Shown here in pieces: positions 47,961 to 58,579 of a DNA stretch of 64,000 bases. The DNA is from Bryobacterales bacterium. Lineage in GTDB: Bacteria; Acidobacteriota; Terriglobia; Bryobacterales; UBA6623. Position 1 is the first letter of the stretch, and each line of letters opens with the position of its first letter. The translations under genes were made by a program, and so were the position numbers. The stretch covers positions 607,022 through 671,021 of the forward strand of contig CBDEGI010000002.1 of NCBI GenBank assembly GCA_965237575.1. The letters are read 5' to 3'. A model generated the notes under the pieces. It was not told where the DNA came from, made no database searches, and saw only the letters and a list, made by a program, of their open reading frames with translations.

Positions 47961-48788
47961 ATGAAGAAAAAGCTGCTGATCGTGACCGGGATTGGTTTGG
48001 TCGGGGCTTCGGCTTCGACGTTCCTGTTCTATCAGTTGATCGCGGGGTACTTCGCCGAAACGGCCACCCCGGTGCCGGTGGAGCACTCGATCGTGGTGGC
48101 GGCGCGAGACTTGCCGCGGGGCACCCGGCTCAGCGCGGGTGACCTTGAGGTTTCTTCCTGGAAAGAACCGCGACTGCCGGAGGGAGCGTTCCTCGACGCG
48201 CGGGCTGTTGAAGGCGAGGTTCTAGGCGAGGCAGTCCGGGCCGCGAAGCCGGTTTTGCCGACGCACCTCACTGACAAGAACCAGTTGTGGCTGGCCGCAT
48301 CGGTTCCCCCTGGGATGCGAGCCGTGACGGTTCATGTCAACGAGTTCGCCGGCGTAACGCAGCTCGTGCAACGGGGGGATCGCGTCGACGTGATGGTGGC
48401 GAATCTGCCTCGATCTCCGGGGCGTCCCGATGTGCGTCTGAAGACGGTGTTGCAGAACATCGAGGTCGTGGCTACTGGACGCGAGCCGGTGACTCGTGAG
48501 CAGCGCAACCCGATTCCAGTCGTCACGCTCTTGGTCGAGGCCAAGGAGTCCGAGAGGCTTAGCCTGGCCGACCAAAGCGGGGCCGTCCGGCTTGCTCTGA
48601 GGAATCCGCTGGATGAGAGCGTGGAGATCACGGGCGGGCCGATTCGGCTGTCCGATGTGATGAAGGCGCCCCCCCGGCGCCAAGCCGCGGCGCGCTCCGC
48701 GAAGGCTCCCTCCGCGCCGGCCCAGAAGCGCGCCGAATCGGCGACAAGCACGGAAACAGCCGACTTGGCGGCGCTACGCGACGACTGA
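47961..48788 (+). CDS. cpaB: Flp/Tad pilus assembly protein CpaB (RcpC-like)
   Basis: N-terminal anchor MKKKLLIVTGIGLVGASAS. SAF-like VVAARDLPRGTRLSAGDL, then RAVTVHVNEFAGVTQLVQRGDRVDVM. Alternative upstream starts are 47862 and 47784. Confidence 0.75.
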   Translation: MKKKLLIVTGIGLVGASASTFLFYQLIAGYFAETATPVPVEHSIVVAARDLPRGTRLSAGDLEVSSWKEPRLPEGAFLDARAVEGEVLGEAVRAAKPVLPTHLTDKNQLWLAASVPPGMRAVTVHVNEFAGVTQLVQRGDRVDVMVANLPRSPGRPDVRLKTVLQNIEVVATGREPVTREQRNPIPVVTLLVEAKESERLSLADQSGAVRLALRNPLDESVEITGGPIRLSDVMKAPPRRQAAARSAKAPSAPAQKRAESATSTETADLAALRDD

Positions 48789-48826
48789 GGGCAAAGGCTG
48801 AGGCGTAGGCGACTAACCGAACCGAC

Positions 48827-50176
48827 ATGGCCACCCAATCCGTCCCCCTCTCCGCGACCCCGAACAGCACCCCTATCGGGCCTGAACCTCGACCAGGAAC
48901 TTCTGACGCTCCCTCCAATATTGAGCTGAAGCACGCTCTTCATCGCAAGCTGATCGGCCGCATCAATCTCGACCGTCTTGCTGAGATCGACGCTCCCCGC
49001 GTCCGGCGCGAAGTACGTTCGGCGTTGGTAACGCTAGTCGACGAAGCTGACTTCCCGGCGCCGCAGGAACACAAAGAGGAACTCATTGACCAGGTGCTCA
49101 ACGAGGTGTTCGGCCTCGGCCCGCTCGAGCCGCTGATGCAAGACCCCGACGTTGCTGACATCCTCGTGACGACCCCCGACCTGGTGCACGTCGAGCGCGC
49201 GGGGAAGCTCTCGAAGAGCCCGGTCAAGTTCAAGGACAACGCTCATCTGCAGCGCATTATCCAGAAGATCGTCTCGCAAGCCGGTCGCCGAATCGACGAA
49301 TCCTCGCCGATGGTGGACGCGCGCCTGCCGGACGGCTCGCGCGTCAACGCGGTGATCGCTCCGGTGGCGGTGGACGGGCCGCTGCTCTCGATTCGCAAGT
49401 TCTCGAAGGAGCCTCTTAGCGCCGACGATCTCGTGTCCACTCGCTCGCTGACGCAGCCCATGATGGACCTGCTCGCCAGCTGCGTGCGGGCGCGCCTCAA
49501 CATCCTGATTGCCGGGGGGACGGGCTCGGGCAAGACGACGCTGCTCAACATCCTCTCGGCATTCGTCCCCGCCGACGAACGCATCGTGACGATCGAAGAT
49601 ACCGCCGAGTTGCAACTTCGTCAGGAGCACGTGGCGCGAATGGAGACCCGTCCGGCGAATCTTGAAGGCGAAGGAGAGATCAAGCAGCGCCACTTGCTGG
49701 TCAACAGCCTGCGCATGAGGCCGGACCGCATCATCCTGGGCGAAGTGCGTGGCGAAGAAGCGCTCGACATGTTGCAGGCGATGAACACCGGGCACGATGG
49801 CTCGCTGGCGACGATCCACGCCAACAGCGGCCGCGACGCCGTGAGCCGCCTCGAGTTGATGATCGCCCTGGCCAACTCGAACATCTCCGTGGCCTCGATG
49901 CGCAAGCACATCGCCGCGGCAATTCAGGTGTTCGTGCAGACCGAGCGCCTCAGCGACGGGACGCGCAAGGTGACACAAATCTCCGAGGCGTCCGGCATCG
50001 TTGACGGGGAGGTCGAGATTCAGGAGTTGTTTGTCTTTGAGAAGCTCGGCCTGGAGAACGGACGAGTCAAGGGGCGATTTTCCGCCACGGGGCCCAAGCC
50101 GCAGTTTCTCGAACGCCTCCGCCGCAGCAATGAGAACGTCCCCGACAGCTTCTTCGAATCGGTCGTTGAGGTCTAG
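48827..50176 (+). CDS. cpaF: CpaF/TadA-family secretion ATPase
   Basis: Walker [15 protein letters not shown], Asp box, Walker [18 protein letters not shown], His box [11 protein letters not shown]. Confidence 0.9.
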   Translation: MATQSVPLSATPNSTPIGPEPRPGTSDAPSNIELKHALHRKLIGRINLDRLAEIDAPRVRREVRSALVTLVDEADFPAPQEHKEELIDQVLNEVFGLGPLEPLMQDPDVADILVTTPDLVHVERAGKLSKSPVKFKDNAHLQRIIQKIVSQAGRRIDESSPMVDARLPDGSRVNAVIAPVAVDGPLLSIRKFSKEPLSADDLVSTRSLTQPMMDLLASCVRARLNILIAGGTGSGKTTLLNILSAFVPADERIVTIEDTAELQLRQEHVARMETRPANLEGEGEIKQRHLLVNSLRMRPDRIILGEVRGEEALDMLQAMNTGHDGSLATIHANSGRDAVSRLELMIALANSNISVASMRKHIAAAIQVFVQTERLSDGTRKVTQISEASGIVDGEVEIQELFVFEKLGLENGRVKGRFSATGPKPQFLERLRRSNENVPDSFFESVVEV

Positions 50177-50180
50177 CGTC

Positions 50181-51143
50181 GTGGCCGAGATCACTTTCTA
50201 CAGCCTGACGTTCTTGCTGACGTTTCTCGCCGGCGCGGGATTGTCGTTGGCGGCCTGGGCCCTTGTGTTTCGCGACCAGCGCAACACGGATTTCCCGGGC
50301 GTACCCACTTGGGCTGGGATCGACGCGGCGCGGATCCTTCACAGCGACAGGCTAAGCACGCTGTCGGTCTATCACCTGCTGCTATCGCGGTTTCGTTTCA
50401 CCCCGTTTCTCAGGAAGCTGCTCGGCCAAGCGAGCGTCAACTGGTCGGTGGGCCGAACCAGCGCGCTGATGCTGCTTGGTGGGGTCGTTACGTTGAACGT
50501 ATTGCTTCAACTCGATCTGCTGCCGCTGTGGGGGTGCTTCGTGGTCGCGCCGTTCGGGGCCTGCACACCGATCCTGTACCTGCGAAGGCAGCGGGCGGCG
50601 CGTTATCGCGAGATCGAAGAGCAACTCCCCGAGGCGCTCGACTACCTCTCGCGAGCCACCATCGCGGGTCATTCGCTGTCGATGTCGATGGAGCTGGTGG
50701 CCGACGAGGTAGGCGCCCCCCTGTCGACCGAGCTTCGCAAGACCGTTGATGAATACAACCTGGGTTCGTCGATGGACGATGCGTTGAAAAGCTTGGCCGT
50801 ACGGCTGCCCATGGTCGACGTGCAGTTCTTCGTCTCCGCGATGCTCACGCAGTCGAAAACCGGTGGCAATTTGCACGAGCTGCTCGACAACCTCTCCGAG
50901 ACGATTCGAGAACGCTCTTCTCTTAAGGGCAAGGTGCGGGCCCTGACGGCCAACGGCAGGCTGACCGCCGTCGTGCTGACCTCACTGCCGGTGCTCATCG
51001 CGGTTGTCATGTGGGCAGTCAATAGCGACTACTTCGGGGTTCTGCTCAATCACCCGGTAGGGAAGACCCTTGTGTTCGCGGCCATTTGCGCGCAGGTCGC
51101 GGCGTATTTCGTTATCAGCAAGATTGTGGATATCAAGGTCTAA
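50181..51143 (+). CDS. tadB: TadB-like type II secretion system F-family membrane protein
   Basis: GTG at 50181 lies 4 nt after the cpaF stop, with GAGG 10 nt upstream. T2SSF domain (…LPEALDYLSRATIAGHSLSMSMELVADE…). Confidence 0.8.
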   Translation: MAEITFYSLTFLLTFLAGAGLSLAAWALVFRDQRNTDFPGVPTWAGIDAARILHSDRLSTLSVYHLLLSRFRFTPFLRKLLGQASVNWSVGRTSALMLLGGVVTLNVLLQLDLLPLWGCFVVAPFGACTPILYLRRQRAARYREIEEQLPEALDYLSRATIAGHSLSMSMELVADEVGAPLSTELRKTVDEYNLGSSMDDALKSLAVRLPMVDVQFFVSAMLTQSKTGGNLHELLDNLSETIRERSSLKGKVRALTANGRLTAVVLTSLPVLIAVVMWAVNSDYFGVLLNHPVGKTLVFAAICAQVAAYFVISKIVDIKV

Positions 51144-51149
51144 CGCGCC

Positions 51150-52079
51150 ATGCTCTTCGCACTGTCGACGGCCTTCTTCCTGGCGATGGCTTCCGTTGCT
51201 GCCTTGATCGGCTACTGGGTTTGGGGCCGGAGCGCCCCGGCGGCTGCGCCCGCTGCCGCGCGGCCGGGTACGGTTGGGCCGATTGCGCCCGCGCACGTTC
51301 CTGTTGAACTACCCGGTTGGACTCACAGGCTCTACAAACTGGGCTTGCGCTGGCAAAGCTCGGAAGCGGACGGGCGCGTGCTTCGGCGTCTTCTCGTCTC
51401 GGCGGGCTTCCGCGATGACTGGGCCGTCGTCACGGTGCAGGGTCTGAGGGTACTGACGACCGTCACGCTTCCCATTTTGACCGCTGTCATTCTCTATAGC
51501 CTCAATCCGGACATCATGTCGATCGGCCCTGTGGTCCTGTGCGCCGGCTACATCGGCTTCCGGTTGCCGGAGATGGTGCTCCACCGGCTGACTCAAAACC
51601 GCCAGAGCGCCGTCCGACGTGGATTGCCCGACGTGCTTGATCTGCTGGTCATCTCGATCGAAAGCGGACTCTCACTCGATTCCGCGATTGCCACCACCGC
51701 GGAAGACTTGGCGGTGGTGCACCCGGTGCTGACTGACGAGCTGTCGGTTTTTCAATACGACATGCGTGCCGGCACCAGCCGCGCCGAAGCACTGCGCAAT
51801 CTCGGCAAGCGGACGCACGAGGCCGAGTTGCGCAAGCTGACGTCGCTGCTCATCCAGGCCGACCGGTTCGGGACCAGCATCTCGAAGGTGCTGCGGACGC
51901 AAGCACGCTACCTGCGTTTGCGCCGCCGCCAGAGCGCCGAAGAGATGGCCCACAAGGTCGGCGTCAAGCTGGTCTTCCCGATCTTCTTCTTGATCATGCC
52001 CTCGATGTTCCTGGTGACCGCCGGACCGGCGATGATTCAGTTGTTCGGTAGCATCGGCAAGCTCGTCAACGGGATGTAG
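51150..52079 (+). CDS. tadC: TadC-like type II secretion system F-family membrane protein
   Basis: Starts 6 nt after tadB. T2SSF domain (…LPDVLDLLVISIESGLSLDSAIATTAEDL…). Confidence 0.8.
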   Translation: MLFALSTAFFLAMASVAALIGYWVWGRSAPAAAPAAARPGTVGPIAPAHVPVELPGWTHRLYKLGLRWQSSEADGRVLRRLLVSAGFRDDWAVVTVQGLRVLTTVTLPILTAVILYSLNPDIMSIGPVVLCAGYIGFRLPEMVLHRLTQNRQSAVRRGLPDVLDLLVISIESGLSLDSAIATTAEDLAVVHPVLTDELSVFQYDMRAGTSRAEALRNLGKRTHEAELRKLTSLLIQADRFGTSISKVLRTQARYLRLRRRQSAEEMAHKVGVKLVFPIFFLIMPSMFLVTAGPAMIQLFGSIGKLVNGM

Positions 52080-52255
52080 CGGCAGGTCCGCGACCGGCCC
52101 GGACTCCGTACGAGTACAGGCCCCGCTCCATAAGAGCGCACCCTACGAGTCACCAGGGCGCCGTGGTTTTCATTCCCGGCACGTTCGTGTTAGCATTCGG
52201 CTGCACAAAATCCGATCCGCGAGACCCGGCGGTACGACGGAGGAGATGCCACGGC

Positions 52256-54133
52256 ATGACACTGAGAATCCTGATCATCACGCTCGCACTATGGGCTGCC
52301 GCGGCCTGTACCATGGGCCCTACCGATACCGGTGGCGCTCTAGGGATCACGCACGGCCCGATGCTTGGCCGCTTGTCGTCAGACGGTGTCGGGGTTTGGG
52401 CGCGTACGTCGCGGCCTGCGTCGTTTCAAGTACGATACGGCGCCGACCCTGCACAGCTCGACCAGGTCTCCGAGCCCGCCGAAACCACCCTCGATCACGA
52501 CAACACCGGCTGGGTCCACATCACCGGACTCGCATCCCACACCAAGTACTACTACGAGCTGGTCCTGCCCGAAGCCGGCCCAAGGCAACCCGGTGCGAGG
52601 CAACTGAACGGGTCGTTCCACACTCTTCCCAATGCGGACGACTATCGCCATGCCGAGCACAATCCCGACGGTCTGTTCAACTTCCGATTCGAGTTTGCCT
52701 GTGGTAACAACCAGAACACCGGCAGCGGCAGCGCCTTTGGGCCCGCGGTGCCGACCTTCGCAACGATGAAGCGCGAACTCTACCGCGAGCAAGAGCGCAG
52801 CCGCATCGACTTCGCCATCCAGAACGGCGACTGGCTCTATGAAGAGATGCGCGAATACAGCCCCGACGACTGGCTAGGCCAAGTCGGCGCCGACGCCAAG
52901 CCGCGCGTGGTTGAGTTGATGCCCACGATCGCAGGCGTCTGGGAGAACTACAAGCTCTACCTCTCGCGCGCCAACAACCTCGCCGCCTGGCACCGCGTCA
53001 TCCCGTCGTTCTACACCTTCGACGATCACGAGATCCTCAACGACGTCTACGGCTCGGCCGAGGTCGGACGCGTCGACCGCCGGGCCGTGTTTCGCGACAT
53101 CGGCGTGCGCGCCTGGTACGACTATCTGGGATGGAGCAATCCGGTCGGCGACGCCCAGGCGTTGCGCTTCGGCCGCGGCTCATTCCAAACCGGTAGTGAC
53201 GTTCTCATAGACGGCGAAGCAGACTTTAGCAACCTGAAGCTCGACGAGGCGGCGACGCTGCACGTCCATTGGGGGACGCCCGACGCCGGCGTGATGGAGG
53301 GTCCCTCGGACACGGAAGGGGGCGACCCCAATGCCGGCGTCTACGAGATCGTCGAAGTGATCGACGCGCAACGCCTTCGCATCCGTCCCGCGGCCAAGGC
53401 CGCTGGCGAGCAGACGTATTCGATCGGCCGGGTCTCCTACTACAAGAGGCGGGTCAGCAACGCCGACTTCTTCTTCCTCGATACGCGCACCTACCGCGAA
53501 ATGCACGACGTGACGAAGCCTGCCGAGAAGGGGCGCTCGATGCTCGGCGCGCGCCAGAAAAAGTGGCTCCAAGACGGCATGGCCGCCAGCGACGCCGACT
53601 ACTTCATCGTCGTATCGTCGGTGAACTTCATGATCCCGCACGTCGGCGGCACGGGCGCTCCGATCCCCGAGGAGAACAAGGATGACGCGTGGACCGTCTT
53701 CCTCGACGAGCGCGAGGAGCTGATCAACTTCTGGGACGCTCTTAGCAAGCCTGTTTTCGTACTGACCGGCGACTTACACAACAGCTTCGCCATCAAGATC
53801 ACTGACCGTGTTTGGGAGTTCGCCTCCGGCCCGCACAACTCGATGAACCACCCGGCCGGATCCGAAGCCAATCGCCCGGCCAACGGCGTCTTCGACTCCC
53901 AAGGCCGCAAAGCTGACATCCGCTGGTCGAGCTACATCCTGAGTGACACGCCCAACCACATGCGAAAGCGGCCGGTTTATTGCGTGGTCCAGTCGAACGC
54001 CGTGTTCAATAACCCGGCCGAAGAGGGTGTCGACCGCTGGGTCGCCTTTCCGCACCCGCAGGTCGTCTTCCAGTACTACGACGGCCTCACCGGCGAACTA
54101 CTCTACGCCGAGTCGATCGTGGCTGGAAATTGA
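52256..54133 (+). CDS. PhoD-like alkaline phosphatase/metallophosphoesterase lipoprotein
   Basis: GGAGGAG lies 10 nt upstream of ATG 52256. Lipoprotein-like signal MTLRILIITLALWAAAACT. The PhoD N-terminal domain (GPMLGRLSSDGVGVWARTSRPASFQVRYG…HTKYYYEL) is followed by a metallophosphatase core (…DDHEILND…, …LTGDLHNSFA…). Confidence 0.75.
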   Translation: MTLRILIITLALWAAAACTMGPTDTGGALGITHGPMLGRLSSDGVGVWARTSRPASFQVRYGADPAQLDQVSEPAETTLDHDNTGWVHITGLASHTKYYYELVLPEAGPRQPGARQLNGSFHTLPNADDYRHAEHNPDGLFNFRFEFACGNNQNTGSGSAFGPAVPTFATMKRELYREQERSRIDFAIQNGDWLYEEMREYSPDDWLGQVGADAKPRVVELMPTIAGVWENYKLYLSRANNLAAWHRVIPSFYTFDDHEILNDVYGSAEVGRVDRRAVFRDIGVRAWYDYLGWSNPVGDAQALRFGRGSFQTGSDVLIDGEADFSNLKLDEAATLHVHWGTPDAGVMEGPSDTEGGDPNAGVYEIVEVIDAQRLRIRPAAKAAGEQTYSIGRVSYYKRRVSNADFFFLDTRTYREMHDVTKPAEKGRSMLGARQKKWLQDGMAASDADYFIVVSSVNFMIPHVGGTGAPIPEENKDDAWTVFLDEREELINFWDALSKPVFVLTGDLHNSFAIKITDRVWEFASGPHNSMNHPAGSEANRPANGVFDSQGRKADIRWSSYILSDTPNHMRKRPVYCVVQSNAVFNNPAEEGVDRWVAFPHPQVVFQYYDGLTGELLYAESIVAGN

Positions 54134-54302
54134 CGGTGGGCCGCGCCCAAACCAGTCCACGGATGCAGAAGGCTCACGCCTTTGTCGGTAAGCGCAACTG
54201 CGCCACAAGCTGCCCGCACGCAGCACCGGAAGCTGCCGCAACAGATTCCGGTGAACGTCATCCGATCGTTGTCTCGCCCGCCAGGCCTCGGCGTGCGGCG
54301 GA

Positions 54303-55867
54303 CTAATCGTTGGGCACGACGAACACGTTATCCGGCAGACCCTCGATCGTCGTGTTGCGCTCGACGATCTTCGACAACGTCGTCGCCTTCAGCTCGTCGA
54401 CATACTTTTTCGAGAAATCCGGATCGTTTTCGAAGTAGAATCGGTCGCCGTCGCGGACGCGTTCGAACTGGTCTTTGAGTACGGTGTAGATGAGTTCCCC
54501 GACAGCAGCTCCATCGACGTGATCTTCCGCCAACCCGCCGATCCAGGCGTCGATATTGTTGACATCTCGGTAGACGGCTTCCAACGTGGCTGCCAGCGCC
54601 GCGTTCGAGGTGATTTCACTGAAGCTCGTCCGCCGCGCCAGGCCGAAATCTTCCCGGCATTGGTTGTAGTCGGCGAGGCCGTGGTCGCGACCCCGTTGGA
54701 TGTTAAGGGCTGCCAGATCCAGCAACCTCTTGCTCCTTGGGTCAAACTCCCTGAAAAGGAAGGTCCGTAGCTCTTCGACGATCTCGCAATCGATTTCCTG
54801 GATCGCCTCATACGCAAGGCCTCGCAAGAAGGGTTCGATCCCGCGGTCATCGATCAGCGCGGGCCGGAAATAGCCTTCCCGCAACGGCAGACCCGGCTCC
54901 CCCCCCCAAGCGGCAGCGTCCTGGGAATCATGGAATGACCGACCCGGTAGCAGGCGGTCGAGAAAATGTTGCTGATCCCCGGGTTCACGTCGTCCTTGTA
55001 GCCGCCGTACGGGGCGATGGCGCCGGGGCCCAGCAGCGCAGGGAGAAATTCGCAGTACACGATCACCTGCATCTCAGCGGCAACGATCTTGCGGACGCGC
55101 AGCCAGGCCTCCTGCCCGGTAAGTTTCGGGTGCTTGGCAGCGAGTTCATCGCACAGGCGATTGTGTTCCCTCACAAACAGGGTGTGCATCGACGTGAGCA
55201 CTGAGTGCTCGTTCGCCCGGACATCACCGGCCAGAAACAGTGAAGGCTCCGGCTGGTGGACCGCGTTGGCGTTGTCGAGTCCGTAGTAGTTCTTCGGCAG
55301 GAGCACCCCGACCGGTTTGGAGTCTGTCCGGAGCTTTCCGGTACCGTCATTGAGCCGCAAGGCCGCGGCACGGGTCTCGCTGGAGCCGTACACGTTGGAC
55401 GCGTCGATAAACGCAGTGATCGCGTTGATTTGCTGTCTGGGATTCCTCTTGGAGCGACCCGTTTTGGGGTCGAACTTCGACCTTTTGAACCCGATGCTCG
55501 CGTTCGGAAGGTCAGGGTCGTTGGCCGGTGCGGACATATTCAATGGTTCATCTGACTCCGGCGTCAAGTCGAGCTCGTGGTCGAGAAACTGGCCGAAGGC
55601 CCAGATAAAATTGGACAGCTTCTTGCTACTCGAGCTCGGCTCCTCTTGCTTGCAAAGCGCGTTGGTGATAGCACGCGGCGTAGGTCGGTACTCGCCAGCC
55701 GGCGTGGAGATGCCGTCGCCATACTCGACGCTGGTAAGGCGCAGCAGTTGCTGTCCCGCGCTTCCCCAGTCAACGCGGTCAGGATGCGACAGGTTGTTGT
55801 GTGTGCCGTCAATCCTTCGATACCGTTCAGGTTGGGCCTTGGTTGCTGCTCCACCTCTCGTTGCCAT
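54303..55867 (-). pseudogene. Animal-type haem peroxidase family protein, frameshifted in a 9-nt homopolymer
   Basis: ORFs 54854..55867 and 54303..54884 are consecutive parts. Motifs: FGQFLDHELDLTP (distal His), NAITAFIDASNVYGS, RANEHSVLTSMHTLFVREHNR (proximal His), LDLAALNIQRGRDHGLADYN. SD AGGAGGAGG upstream of 55867. The C9 run at 54899-54907 sits at the junction. Confidence 0.8.
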
Positions 55868-56310
55868 GTCTTGCCTCCTCCTTGAGTAGATGGCCCTTCT
55901 TCAGAAATCGACGGACATAACACCGTCTCGGAACGCCGACAGTGCCATGGCCAGGCGACAACTTATGTTGCCCGCTCAGGCCAATTTGTGGGACCCGCAA
56001 AGGGCAATGCGGGCCCGTCTTGCAATCCGTTCGGTCGAAAGGGCCAAACATAGAATACTGCTAGCTATCGGAAAAAGCAAACGAATTCCGCGGGCATACC
56101 CAGATCGGCTTCGGCGCGACGAAACCGAGAGAGATCCAATTGCGCGGGCCTTCGCGACGGTCTCAACCTTCGTTGGCTGGGGCGCGCCTTGTGGCAACGC
56201 CTTGTTGGTCGACGTGAACAACGCATTGACTCCCTGGGCGGCTTCCCAGGTGAGGAAGGCTGAACCGAGCAGATACGTATGGTAGCCTTAGGTATACGTA
56301 TATCGCTGCC

Positions 56311-56532
56311 ATGAAGACGAAGCTGACCGTAACGATCGATGAAGAAGTGTTGCCGAGGGCGAAAGAGTACGCGCGACGCCAGGGCGTTTCCCTTTCGCGT
56401 TTGATCGAGCACGCGCTCCGGGAGATGAGTTCGGATGCGGAAACGTCGTTCTCGCGACGCTGGCGCGGGAAGTTTCAGCCGGCCAAGAAAGGCAACGAGC
56501 GTTATCGGCATCTGGCGAAGAAGTACTTGTGA
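56311..56532 (+). CDS. Type II antitoxin (DUF6364/VapB-like)
   Basis: MKTKLTVTIDEEVLPRAKEYARRQGVSLSRLIEHALREM… Its stop overlaps the PIN gene start (GTGA). Confidence 0.75.
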   Translation: MKTKLTVTIDEEVLPRAKEYARRQGVSLSRLIEHALREMSSDAETSFSRRWRGKFQPAKKGNERYRHLAKKYL

Positions 56533-56963
56533 CTGTTCTGCTCGATCTGGACGTGCTGATCGATGTGGCGCTCGACCGAGAGCCGTTCGCCAAACCCGCT
56601 ACTGAGCTGCTCGATGCTCTCGAAGCGAGACCAGGCTCCGCGTTCATCGCCTGGCATTCCCTTGCCAACTTCTACTACTTGGTGTCGCCCGCCCAGGGGC
56701 GCCACGACGCGAAACGCTTTCTGGTCGATCTCACACGCTTCGTCGACGTCGCTCCTACAACCACCACAGGTCTCCACTTCGCCGCGCAACTGCCGATGCG
56801 TGACTTCGAAGACGCCATGCAAGTAGCTGCCGCTACGGCTTGCGATGCCAGTGTGATTGCCACCCGCAACCTGCGCGACTACCGAAACTCACCCATCCGG
56901 GCCGCCGCCCCCCACGACGTGCTGAGGGACCTATCGGTAGCTCGGCCTTACGGAGCAGATTAA
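56529..56963 (+). CDS. vapC: PIN-domain ribonuclease toxin VapC
   Basis: LLDLDVLIDVALDREPF…, later …DFEDAMQVAAA…ATRNLRDY. These are the acidic PIN residues at the expected spacing. 144 aa. Confidence 0.8.
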   Translation: MTVLLDLDVLIDVALDREPFAKPATELLDALEARPGSAFIAWHSLANFYYLVSPAQGRHDAKRFLVDLTRFVDVAPTTTTGLHFAAQLPMRDFEDAMQVAAATACDASVIATRNLRDYRNSPIRAAAPHDVLRDLSVARPYGAD

Positions 56964-57041
56964 CCGTTACAGACCGGGACCAAACGAGTTTCTCGGGCAG
57001 CCGCTCCTTCCGGGTTCGATGTCGCTCGCAGCGAGGCGACT

Positions 57042-58565
57042 TCACTTGACCTGGAACGAATACAGGTCCGCGTCTTTTAGCACGAAACGCAGGCGAACCG
57101 CCTTGCCCGCCAACTTCCTGACATCGGAGCCCCGTTTCCAGGCAACCGTGCGGGCTGGCGTGTCGCCGTAGATCGGCGGACAGTCGTCCAGGGTGAAACC
57201 TTCGATCGCGTCGCCATCGGAGTCCTGAAGCTCAACGCGAATACGGCCCACGGTGGAGGTCGAGAAGTTCAGCACCAGTTTGCTGCCCGCGAAGACGAGT
57301 GGCTGCGTGATCAATTCGCCGCCGGCAAAGGGCGCCTGGACCGAGACGAATCCGTCGAGGCGTAGCGTATAGCGGCGAAGGCGGTTGCCGTCCGGCTGGC
57401 GGCCGCCTTCGCTGGCGTAGATCGATAGCTCGTTCGGGGCACCCTCCATCGATGACGGGGTTTCGACTAGCCCCCAGTTCCCGTAGTTGTCACCGTAGAA
57501 CCAGCTTCCCGGACGCTCGACACCCGGCCGCCGGAACGCTTCCGGCCATAGCTCGAAGTTATGTCCGTCGCGGCTTGCCATGAAAACGCCGTCTGTCATC
57601 GCTGTCCCCGAGCGCTGGGATTTGCTCGCCACGATACGGCGGTAGTCGAGCTGCGGAAGAGCCTTGGTTGACTCCGACCAGCTGTAATCGACGTAGCGCG
57701 TCGGGAAGCCGAGGAAGATATGGGGCGCGCGGTGGTAGGGGACGACGCCGTTGGTGTAAAGCTGGTGGGGGCGTCCCGGCGTGTAGTCGAGAAACTCGGG
57801 CTCGGACCAGTGGATGAAGTCCTTCGACGTGGCGGTACGGATGTCGCGGCCATCGGGATACTTCGGGTCGTTCTTCCGGGAGTCGCGCCAGTAGGCCCGG
57901 TACTCGTTGCGCAACGTGTCCCAGAACGCGACATTCTGCGAGTCGAAGTTGCCCTTAGTGATGACGGGACTCTCGGTCATCAACTCCCAGCGAATCCCGT
58001 CCGCGGACCGGAACGCCCGCAAGCCGCCCTCTTTCCAGCGGTGGCCGCCGAGCGCCTTGTAGCGCGACTCGCGCGGGCACGCGGGGTTGGCGTCTTTGAA
58101 TACGGAGAAGTTGTGCGAGCCGACGCCGTCCCAGATGATGTTGTTTTCCTTGGAACCGTGGGACTCGATCAGGCCGAAGCGGGGCCGCTTCCAATGGATG
58201 CCGTCGCGACTCTCCGCGTAACAGATCACCTCGCGGTTGGTGGCCTCACTCTCGCCATCGCTGTAGGCGATGTGGAAGCCGCGGTAGTACATGCGATAGA
58301 GATCGCCGTCTTGGAACACGGTCGTGTAGCCGCTGGCGTTGCCCTCCCAGGGCTTGGTGCGGTCGAGCGCAACCTCTCGCGGCACGGGACGATGGAGAAC
58401 GCGCCGTGCTTCGCCCGTCAGCTTGTCGACCAAGTGGTCGTCGACGAAGAGTTCGAGGCGCGAACCGATGTCGATGGGCTCGGCGGCGGTAAGAGTAAGC
58501 GGAAGGGCGAGGGCAACCATCAGCAGTCGAGTGATCGTTACGGCGTGGATCATGTTTTGGGTCAT
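57042..58565 (-). CDS. Secreted beta-propeller glycoside-hydrolase-like protein with C-terminal beta-sandwich (GH32/43-clan-like)
   Basis: AGGAGG lies 7 nt upstream of ATG 58565. Signal peptide LLMVALALPLTLTAAEP. Blade motifs: LYRMYYRG, CYAESRDGIHW, FRSADGIRW. C-terminal lectin-like domain: RIRVELQDSDGDAIEGF. Confidence 0.65.
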   Translation of the reverse strand: MTQNMIHAVTITRLLMVALALPLTLTAAEPIDIGSRLELFVDDHLVDKLTGEARRVLHRPVPREVALDRTKPWEGNASGYTTVFQDGDLYRMYYRGFHIAYSDGESEATNREVICYAESRDGIHWKRPRFGLIESHGSKENNIIWDGVGSHNFSVFKDANPACPRESRYKALGGHRWKEGGLRAFRSADGIRWELMTESPVITKGNFDSQNVAFWDTLRNEYRAYWRDSRKNDPKYPDGRDIRTATSKDFIHWSEPEFLDYTPGRPHQLYTNGVVPYHRAPHIFLGFPTRYVDYSWSESTKALPQLDYRRIVASKSQRSGTAMTDGVFMASRDGHNFELWPEAFRRPGVERPGSWFYGDNYGNWGLVETPSSMEGAPNELSIYASEGGRQPDGNRLRRYTLRLDGFVSVQAPFAGGELITQPLVFAGSKLVLNFSTSTVGRIRVELQDSDGDAIEGFTLDDCPPIYGDTPARTVAWKRGSDVRKLAGKAVRLRFVLKDADLYSFQVK

Positions 58566-58579
58566 GCATTTACCTCCTC

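Noticed and set aside
52163-52707. Upstream extension of the PhoD gene (start 52163) and alternative-frame ORF 52246..52707
   Set aside because: A GGAGGAG ribosome-binding site and a lipoprotein signal peptide fit ATG 52256. The extension and the alternative frame encode Arg-rich, non-homologous sequence.
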